7,915 bases of DNA from Amoebidium appalachense (GCA_963693365.1 CAVNZM010000105.1:1-7915), one strand, 5' to 3'; counted from the stretch's first letter, positions 1-7,501 are shown. Translations and numbers: made by a program. Notes: generated from the sequence alone by a model not told the origin.

Positions 1-2
1 AA

Positions 3-539
3 GAACTTCTCAGCTAGACGAGTGAAGTGAATAGACTCGTCTTGGAGGGACTGGAGCTGGTTCACGATGGTCTGCAGACGACTCAGGTAGGTGGTGAATG
101 ATTCACCGGGCTGAAGGGCACAGGCATCCCACTGACGGTGAAGGATGCGGATCTGATCGGGTTTGCCTTGGAGGTAGTGTTGACGGAATTTCCACATGGC
201 CCGTTCAGGGTCCATACCAATACGGTACTGGGCAACGGTGGTGAGGACGGAAGGGTCGATGTTCTGAATCATATGGAGCAGGAGGCAATTGCGGGCCTCC
301 TTGAGTTCCGCGGTAGTGCCGTAGCCGTAGAAGGGGGGTTCACCGTCAACCGCGACGGTGGTAGGGGGGACGTAGTTGTCAGCAAGTACAACATCCACGA
401 GCCGGACACCTTTAGTGCCGGTCATCATGCCAAGAAGAATGATTTCCCATTGAAAATAGGTGGTTTTGCTATCGGGACCAGTCTTCCCTTCACCTTTCCA
501 CATGGTTATTTTGTTTACGCCAGTTTTGTTTGGATCCAT
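3..539 (-). CDS. gag: Ty1/copia Gag N-terminus (element A), open frame running off the left edge
   Basis: Manual translation from the ATG at 539 gives MDPNKTGVNKITMWKGEG...WKFRQHYLQGKPDQIRILHRQWDACALQPGESFTTYLSRLQTIVNQLQSLQDESIHFTRLAEKF with no stop. QPGESFTTYLSRLQTIVNQL resembles the copia Gag (UBN2/Retrotran_gag_2-type) helix motif. It starts just downstream of the PBS and LTR. Absent from the ORF track, probably because it has no stop in the window. Confidence 0.85.
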   Translation of the reverse strand, partial: MDPNKTGVNKITMWKGEGKTGPDSKTTYFQWEIILLGMMTGTKGVRLVDVVLADNYVPPTTVAVDGEPPFYGYGTTAELKEARNCLLLHMIQNIDPSVLTTVAQYRIGMDPERAMWKFRQHYLQGKPDQIRILHRQWDACALQPGESFTTYLSRLQTIVNQLQSLQDESIHFTRLAEKF

Positions 540-574
540 GATTGAAAAACGATCGCTAGTTCTAGATGTGTGTA

Positions 575-601
575 GGGAGCGTGCAAAAGGGCTGCATAAC
601 C
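575..601 (-). promoter_or_regulatory. Primer binding site of element A, complementary to the 5' half of initiator tRNA-Met (copia/Ty5 type)
   Basis: The minus strand reads ...TTTAACA|GGTTATGCAGCCC directly after the LTR end. The plus strand GGGAGCGTGCA-aaa-GGGCT-g-CATAACC resembles the tRNA-iMet D/anticodon arm (GGAAGCGYGCAGGGCUCAUAACC). Confidence 0.8.
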
Positions 602-800
602 TGTTAAATTGTATAAGTATTTGGGAGGTAAGCAGAGACACAGTGGTGCAGTGTGAAAACACCACAGACACACACAACAACAAAACACGGAACGATCGGA
701 GCAGTGTACACAACAGACATCAATGTTTAGACACGACTGAACTGAATTTATTCTGATCTTCGAATAAATACCTGAAATTCCTCTAAGTCTAATCCATACA

Positions 801-824
801 TGATTTCCGACCAGTCGGAAATCA
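801..824. repeat. 24-bp near-perfect palindrome in the LTR (also 2632-2655 and 7279-7302)
   Basis: TGATTTCCGAC-CA-GTCGGAAATCA, with 11-bp perfect arms, identical in all three LTRs. Confidence 0.9.
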
Positions 825-1348
825 GATCTATCTCTAATAGAAACCAATCACTAAGAACCAATTGCTTTTAGAGAGATCCGGTACGCGGAGACGTACACGA
901 TAGGACACAGACACTAGTTAAGATCAACTCGTGTCATCATCAAGGAAGTTCTAACCTATGACATACTGCAAAGACTCAGTCTGAGACATATCACACTTAA
1001 CCTTGATGATTGGTTAAAGCCCGGCAACACATGAAAACTAAAGTAAATTAATGAAGTCTAAACACACATGCTATTCTAAGTGTAGCCTAAGTGTGTTACC
1101 GTCCAATGAACACGTATTAAGTAACACAAATCTACCTAACATATATTAGTAGAAAAGAAATACGATTATACACATGAAGACAAGGAGAGAAAGAGGTTTT
1201 ATTTGTGGAAATTATTGACATAAATATTTTTCTGGGTAAACACGTAGGATGGGTGTTCGATACCAACATAACCATGTAGGCTTCATTTCGTGTTTTAGCA
1301 GTTAGCGGTTGGCTGCCCGCACACGGGCACCTATTAGCCAGTCAAAAC

Positions 1349-1434
1349 ATCAGATACCACAGATCACTAGACCGAGTTATGATTGGCTCGGATCAGATTT
1401 CACATATCACTAGATCGATTTTTGATTGGTTCAG
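1349..1434 (+). repeat. Two tandem 43-bp imperfect repeats, each with an ATTGG (reverse CCAAT) box
   Basis: ATCAGATACCACAGATCACTAGACCGAGTTATGATTGGCTCGG and ATCAGATTTCACATATCACTAGATCGATTTTTGATTGGTTCAG. Confidence 0.85.
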
Positions 1435-1457
1435 ATCGGTAGGCTTAGGTATATAAG
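1382..1457 (+). promoter_or_regulatory. Putative Pol II promoter inside the ~570-bp element (CCAAT x2 plus TATA)
   Basis: ATTGG at 1382-1386 and 1425-1429, TATATAAG at 1450-1457. All three motifs are retained in the diverged second copy (5520-5524, 5477-5481, 5449-5456). Confidence 0.5.
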
Positions 1458-2101
1458 CACGACAGTTTTTAGCAGATCAGCAAGCTACAAACACATCTTC
1501 TGTGTTTAGCATCAACAGCCTTACAGCTATATATTCCTTTTCACCCACCCACCTACACCCACACACAACCCCCATTGATCCACACATACGTGCTGTTTTT
1601 TCACGGGGCGAAGCCTTCCCCCGTTTTTTGGGCACATGGACCTCACGGATCAATAAATTGATGACTGGGGGCTTGCCGTGGTTTACAACCATTGCAGGTT
1701 CACTTTCGTCCAAGGGGATGTCCCCCTAGAGGCAACACACGTCCCGGAGTAGTTTTTCATAGAAGAGAAAATAAGGAAGGAGAAAGAGGAAGGAAAAGAG
1801 AGCACAGATCAACAAACAAGATAGTAATAGCATAACTATAACCAGAGATATTTATGTACACACGAACATGTACACGTCTCTCCCTGAGTGGGTGGATCCG
1901 TGTACACACATATAAAGGTTCTAATCGATATCACAATACACGATTAAAGCCGATACAACACGATTACAAGTATACAAGCATATCGGAGATCGATGCTACA
2001 CTTTACATAATAGGAGTGTGGCATTTACACTAAGCATATGAACTGAAACATAACACAAACTGAGAAGATCTTACCATATGTAAATACTACGTATTACAAC
2101 A

Positions 2102-2370
2102 TATGGAGCAGGAGGCAATTGCGGGCCTCCTTGAGTTCCGCGGTAGTGCCGTAGCCGTAGAAGGGGGGTTCACCGTCAACCGCGACGGATGGTAGGGGGG
2201 ACGTAGTTGTCAGCAAGTACAACATCCACGAGCCGGACACCTTTAGTGCCGGTCATCATGCCAAGAAAAATGATTTCCCATTGAAAATAGGTGGTTTTGC
2301 TATCGGGACCAGTCTTCCCTTCACCTTTCCACATGGTTATTTTGTTTACGCCAGTTTTGTTTGGATCCAT
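2102..2370 (-). pseudogene. gag: Truncated, frameshifted copia gag of element B
   Basis: Near-identical to 272-539. An extra A at 2189 shifts the frame, and the sequence is cut exactly at the terminus of LTR A (2101). Confidence 0.85.
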
Positions 2371-2405
2371 GATTGAAAAACGATCGCTAGTTCTAGATGT
2401 GTGTA

Positions 2406-2432
2406 GGGAGCGTGCAAAAGGGCTGCATAACC
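2406..2432 (-). promoter_or_regulatory. Primer binding site of element B
   Basis: Identical to 575-601 and abuts the LTR end at 2433. Confidence 0.8.
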
Positions 2433-3357
2433 TGTTAAATTGTATAAGTATTTGGGATGTAAGCAGAGACACAGTGGTGCAGTGTGAAAACACCACAGAC
2501 ACACACAACAACAAAACACGGAACGATCGGAGCAGTGTACACAACAGACATCAATGTTTAGACACGACTGAACTGAATTTATTCTGATCTTCGAATAAAT
2601 ACCTGAAATTCCTCTAAGTCCAATCCATATATGATTTCCGACCAGTCGGAAATCAGATCTATCTCTAATAGAAACCAATCACTAAGAACCAATTGCTTTC
2701 AGAGAGATCCGGTACGCGGAGACGTACACGATAGGACACAGACACTAGTTAAGATCAACTCGTGTCATCATCAAGGAAGTTCTAACCTATGACATACTGC
2801 AAAGACTCAGACATATCACACTTAACCTTGATGATTGGTTAAAGCCCGGCAACACATGAAAAATAAAGTAAATTAATGAAGTCTAAACACACATGCTATT
2901 CTAAGTGTAGCCTAAGTGTGTTACCGTCCAATGAACACGTATTAAGTAACACAAATCTACCTAACATATATTAGTAGAAAAGAAATACGATTATACACAT
3001 GAAGACAAGGAGAGAAAGAAAAGAAAATAAGGAAGGAGAAAGAGGAAGGAAAAGAGAGCACAGATCAACAAACAAGATAGTAATAGCATAACTATAACCA
3101 GAGATATTTATGTACACACGAACATGTACACGTCTCTCCCTGAGTGGGTGGATCCGTGTACACACATATAAATAATCTAATTGATATTACAACACACGAT
3201 TAAAGCCGATACAACACGATTACAAGTATACAAGCATATCGGAGATCGATGCTACACTTTACATAATAGGAGTGTGGCATATACACTAAGCATATGAACT
3301 GAAACATAACACAAACTGAGAAGATCTTACTATATGTAAATACTACGTATTACAACA
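2433..3357 (-). mobile_element. 5' LTR of copia element B (925 bp)
   Basis: TGTTG...TAACA termini on the minus strand, followed by PBS and gag start. About 15 differences from LTR A by manual comparison. Confidence 0.93.
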
Positions 3358-4884
3358 GGGTCCTGGTAGGTAGGATGCCTGTAACGTAAATTGGTATTGC
3401 ATTTCCATGCGGGTGATGAACCGAATAAGTTTGGCCATCACGGGGTGGGGGGAAGACCGGGAGTGCAGGTCAGACACAGCACCCGTGTTGTCGCATAAAA
3501 TACGGACATGGTGGGTGGACCAGGAGGGGGCCCAGAGGGCCACGGCGGCTGCGATGGCCAGGAGTTCGATGACGGAAGAACCGAGTTTACCCTCATGAGC
3601 ATAGAGGGCTTGGGTGGAGGGGGACCAGGGCATGAAGAACCATTGGTCGAGCCAGTGGCCTCCTAGACCCACCGATCCGGCAGCATCGGTGGCCAGGGTG
3701 GTGTATGTGGGGGGTGTGATGAGGTGCACCCCATTCCATGATGTGAGGAACTGGTGCCATTCGGCTATGTCGGCCCGGGCGGCAGCAGTCAGTCGTATGT
3801 GGTGGTGGCCGGCAAGGTGTGGGTGGGTCCGGGGAAGGGCCCATAGGCGCTGGGAGAAGGCCCTCCTGGGGGGAACCAGCTGGGCACACCAGGTGAGTTT
3901 GCCGAGGAGGGACTGGAGGTCCCGAATGGTGATGGTGGGGTTTGGGTGGGAAGTGAGGTCAAGTAGGTCCGAGAGCTTGGAAGCCGGGATTCGTGCCTCC
4001 ATGGCGATGGAGTCGAACTCGATACCGATGAAGACGACACGGGTAGTCGGGCCCTGCATCTTGTCTTCGGAGATGGCAATGTGCAGCTCTCGGCAGTGTT
4101 GCAGGAAGGTGGATAGGTGACGTTGGCACTGCTCTTGTGTGGGGGCGACTATAATCCAGTCGTCTACGTAGTGGCGGATGAGGGTAATACCGTGCTGGTG
4201 TGCCAGCCACTGTAGGGTGGCCGCGATCCGTTCCCAGATGGCTGGGCTAGATTTCAGGCCGAAGGGCAGTCTGGTTTCAACGTAAAAATGCCCCAGCCAT
4301 TTGAATGCCATTAAGTGATGGTCTTCTGGTCGGATGGGCATGTGCCGGAAGGCAGCCTGCACATCTGCCACGGCCATGTAGCAGCCGGGGCCTGCGTCGA
4401 GAATGAGCTGGGTGACGTCCCGGGCGCGAATGTACTGAAGTTCGTCGGGGTAGGTGATGCTGTCATTGACACTGCTACCCCGGGGCCAGGAGAGGTGGTG
4501 GATTCGACGGCACTTGGGGGGGTTCCCTTTCTTGGTAACGGCGCCGATGGGGGAGGAACGGTGGACCGGAAATTCGTCAAAGAATTGGGCCGGGGAGAGG
4601 GGGCCGCGCAGGTGGCCGAGGGCGACTTCTTTGGCAATATCCGCCGTGATAGCGGAAGCTGCCTCCGGGGTGGTGGGTAGGTTGGGGCCCACCCGAGAGG
4701 TGGAGGGGCCGCGATAGCCGATGTCGACACCGAATTCGACATCGTGGAGGAGTTGTGCGGCGAATGATTGGTCTGGGTAGGAGGCCAGCAGTTCCCGGAG
4801 GCGGGAGGTGTCGATGTGGTGCTGGGGCAGCGGGCGGGCCTCCGGGTCTGAGCCTCGGGGGAAGGGGTGGTTAGCAAGGGCCAT
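3358..4884 (-). pseudogene. DIRS/Ngaro-like (tyrosine-recombinase retrotransposon) reverse transcriptase-RNase H ORF, interrupted near its C-terminus by copia element B
   Basis: RT motifs RRIHHLSWPRGSSVNDSI, VADVQAAFRHMPI, LPFGLKSSP, HYVDDW, FIGIEFDS, LQSLLGKL. RNase H motifs TLATDAAGSVGLGG, SVIELLAI, ILCDNTGAV, ASYLPG. The expected terminal NxxADxLSR-like motif is replaced by LTR-derived CCNT*. GC-rich composition ends near 4884, so the track's start at 4992 is probably fortuitous. Confidence 0.88.
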
Positions 4885-4904
4885 ATTTTCGGTTGCTTTT
4901 AGGC

Positions 4905-6093
4905 TATTGATAATAGGTGCATAATAGTCTTGATATTGTGACGGATACATTGGCAATACATTTCGACCGAATTGAGATCCTATTATAATCATATCATAAC
5001 CCTATAACCAATAGCGACATTATGTTTGTATCGGCCATATGGGACATATGGGTTGGGTATATTGCCAATATCCCGAAATGGTCAGGAAGAATACATTCAT
5101 AATATATTGGCAATAGTCTTGTCACGTTGGACAATACCCTAATTCTATGAAAACTACTCCGGGACGTGTGTTGCCTCTAGGGGGACATCCCCTTGGACGA
5201 AAGTGAACCTGCAATGGTTGTAAACCACGGCAAGCCCCCAGTCATCAATTTATTGATCCGTGAGGTCCTTGTGCCCAAAAAACGGGGGAAGTCTTCGCCC
5301 CGTGAAAAAACAGCACGTATGTGGGGATCAATGGGGGTTGAGTGTAGGGTGTAGGTGGGTGGGTGAAAAAGAAAATATAGCTGTAAAGCTGTAGGTGCTA
5401 AACACAGAGGATGTGTTGTTGCTTGCTGATCTGCTAAAAACTGTCGTGCTTATATACCTAAGGCTGCCGAACTGAGCCAATCAAAACCGATCTAGTGTTA
5501 TGTGAAATCTTATCCTGAGCCAATCAAACTCGGTCTAGTGATCTGTGGAATCTGATGCTTTGATCGGCTAATAGGTGCCCGTATGCGGGCAGCCGAACGC
5601 GAACTGCTAAAACATGAAACGAAGCCTGTTGATATCGGACACCCATCCTACGTGTTTACCCAGAAAAATATTTATGTCAATAATTTCCACAAATAAAACC
5701 TTGACACAAAATTGTCCTACATTTTATATATTCATAACGTATTGACAATACTCCGCAAGCAATAGTATAATACCGAATAAGTACATTGACAATATCGAAA
5801 TTGTATTGTTAATAGGCACACGTACACGCATTTTGGGATATTGGCAGTACATTACTCATACGGTATATAGTTATTGGTGGTAGACCTGACATGGTATGAC
5901 AATAATATAAAAATATTATGCCGATATTACGTCAATATTACAGTTCTATTACACTTCTATAGCGTCTCTACCACAGAAAATCTCTACTCGCAATACATTG
6001 GCAATGGATAATTGATTTTACTTCAGTATTAATCTGGTATTTTTACGATATTGGCAATAGATAATAGCCTCACAATATTGGCAATACCACGGG
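4905..6093. repeat. AT-rich tract with dispersed TATTG-N-CAATA palindromes; possible subterminal arm of a DNA transposon (interrupted by 5144-5700)
   Basis: Full motifs at 5060-5070, 5105-5115, 5740-5750, 6049-6059 and 6076-6086. Variants at 4905-4915, 4949-4958, 5785-5794, 5804-5814, 5839-5849 and 5996-6006. The tract stops at ...CAATACCACGGG (6093). Confidence 0.6.
5144..5700 (-). mobile_element. Unclassified ~560-bp non-autonomous element, copy 2 (inverted relative to copy 1)
   Basis: Reverse complement of 1195-1763 with the same two end points. Flanks CCCTAAT|TCTATG...AAAACC|TTGACAC, i.e. inserted between two Ts. Confidence 0.88.
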
Positions 6094-6139
6094 GAAGTTT
6101 GCTGATGTAAGTCTTGCTATGAATCATGGGAAGATGACA

Positions 6140-6516
6140 CACATGGTATTCGAAGCTGCAGTCCATCACGGCAACATCCACCACCGAGGCTGAGCTTCTG
6201 GCCATCAATGCTGCTGTTCAAAACGTCATCTGGCACCGTGATCTCCTCCGTGAACTCGGGTAGTACCCGATGACCGACCCCACCCCCGTCTACTGTGACA
6301 ACCAGTCCACCAACTGCCCTCCTGCACACCAACAGCATCAAGCACCGGACCAAACACATTGCCGCCCGGTACCACAACTCGAAGGACTACATCAAGAGTG
6401 GGGATGTGGTCGTCACCTACGTGTCCACCAAGGACAACGTGGCCGACATCTTCACCAAGCCCCTGCCCGGGCCCTCCCACGAGCAGCACCGTGCTTCACT
6501 CAGTCTTCGTGACTGA
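6140..6516 (+). pseudogene. pol: Ty1/copia RNase H fragment, copy 1
   Basis: TWYSKLQSITATSTTEAELLAI...VYCDNQS...HRTKHIAARYH...NVADIFTKPL...SLRD*. In-frame TAG near 6261 and a +1 frameshift near 6312. 5'-truncated, with no PPT or LTR directly after the stop. Confidence 0.88.
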
Positions 6517-6519
6517 GTG

Positions 6520-6576
6520 AAGCATCTACAGCCTGAGTGGTATTCAAGTAAGTTGGGGCCCCGGCCAGTGGTCTAC
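6520..6576 (+). pseudogene. pol: Probable RT-RNase H junction piece of copia pol copy 2 (left of the solo LTR)
   Basis: Translates KHLQPEWYSSKLGPRPVVY and joins across the TCTAC TSD to the RNase H start at 7502 onward, the position where copia pol has ...xxYxDAD. Confidence 0.5.
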
Positions 6577-7501
6577 TGTTGTAATAAGTAGTATTTACAT
6601 ATGGTAAGATCTTCTCAGTTTGTGTTATGTTTCAGTTCATATGCTTAGTGTAAATGCCACACTCCCATTATGTAAAGTGTAGCATCGATCTCCGATATGC
6701 TTGTATACTTGTAATCGTGTTGTATCGGCTTTAATCGTGTGTTGTAATATCGATTAGAATATTTATATGTGTGTACACGGATCCACCCACTCAGGGAGAG
6801 ACGTGTACATGTTCGTGTGTACATAAATATCTCTGGTTATAGTTATGCTATTACTATCTTGTTTGTTGATCTGTGCTCTCTTTTCCTTCCTCTTTCTCCT
6901 TCCTTATTTTCTTTTCTTTCTCTCTTTGTCTTCATGTGTATAATCGTATTTCTTTTCTACTAATATATGTTAGGTAGATTTGTGTTACTTAATACGTGTT
7001 CATTGGACGGTAACACACTTAGGCTACACTTAGAATAGCATGTGTGTTTAGACTTCATTAATTTACTTTAGTTTTCATGTGTTGCCGGGCTTTAACCAAT
7101 CATCAAGGTTAAGTGTGATATGTCTGAGTCTTTGCAGTATGTCATAGGTTAGAACTTCCTTGATGATGACACGAGTTGACCTTAACTAGTGTCTGTGTCC
7201 TATCGTGTACGTCTCCGCGTACCGGATCTCTCTGAAAGCAAATGGTTCTTAGTGATTGGTTTCTATTAGAGATAGATCTGATTTCCGACTGGTCGGAAAT
7301 CATGTATGGATTGGACTTAGAGGAATTTCAGGTATTTATTCGAAGATCAGAATAAATTCAGTTCAGTCGTGTCTAAACATTGATGTCTGTTGTGTACACT
7401 GCTCCGATCGTTCCGTGTTTTGTTGTTGTGTGTGTCTGTGGTGTTTTCACACTGCACCACTGTGTCTCTGCTTTCATCCCAAATATTTATACAATTTAAC
7501 A
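6577..7501 (+). mobile_element. Solo copia LTR (925 bp) with 5-bp TSD TCTAC
   Basis: TGTTGTAATA...TTTAACA flanked by TCTAC at 6572-6576 and 7502-7506. No PPT upstream and no PBS downstream. Confidence 0.93.
7256..7367 (+). promoter_or_regulatory. Putative LTR core promoter (ATTGG boxes, TATTTAT, Inr-like TCAGT)
   Basis: ATTGG near 7256 and 7310, TATTTAT at 7333-7339, TCAGT at 7358 and 7363 (25-30 nt downstream), AATAAA at 7351-7356. The position within the LTR fits a U3/R boundary. Confidence 0.4.

Larger units (their letters stand above)
1195..1763 (+). mobile_element. Unclassified ~570-bp non-autonomous element, copy 1, inserted in LTR A
   Basis: Absent from the other two LTR copies, which show the empty site GAGAAAGA|AAAGAAAAT. 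A second copy is inverted at 5144-5700. Ends are GGTTTTATTTG...GTAGTTTTTCATAGA, with no TIR and at most 1 bp duplicated. Confidence 0.88.
602..2101 (-). mobile_element. 5' LTR of copia element A (925-bp LTR plus a 569-bp insertion and a 6-bp insertion)
   Basis: Minus-strand termini TGTTGTAATA...TTTAACA. Colinear with 2433-3357 and the reverse complement of 6577-7501 except for 1195-1763 and 980-985. Followed by PBS and gag. Confidence 0.92.

Noticed and set aside
138-847. Track ORFs 138-545, 460-756 and 515-847, and their copies at 2291-2678, 2971-3165, 6769-6963 and 7256-7704
   Set aside because: They are antisense to gag or lie within LTR sequence. They recur only because the LTR is repeated and show no recognisable motifs.
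1477-1729. 75-78 aa ORFs inside the small element
   Set aside because: No recognisable motifs, and the second copy has indels in this stretch that change the frames.
1196-1762. Small element as an introner (AG|GTTTTA...TTTTTCATAG)
   Set aside because: The donor is weak, splicing would leave 2 extra nt, and both copies lie in non-coding DNA.
3407-4877. Overlapping short ORFs within the RT region as a DIRS overlapping gene
   Set aside because: GC-rich shadow frames with no tyrosine recombinase, methyltransferase or zinc-finger motifs.
5176-5270. Hammerhead ribozyme suggested by a hairpin followed by GGACGAAA and a TCCGTGAGG loop
   Set aside because: No CUGANGA core in the required position on either strand.
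5144-5700. Canonical Helitron (5' TC start)
   Set aside because: No 3' hairpin plus CTRR end, and the target is T|T rather than A|T.
4905-6086. CRISPR-like array
   Set aside because: Repeats are only 11 bp, degenerate and irregularly spaced, with no cas genes and a eukaryotic TE context.
2433-7501. Inverted 925-bp repeats around the RT as DIRS inverted terminal repeats
   Set aside because: They are copia LTRs: TG..CA ends, PBS and gag after two copies, an independent TSD on the third, and one interrupts the RT-RH ORF.
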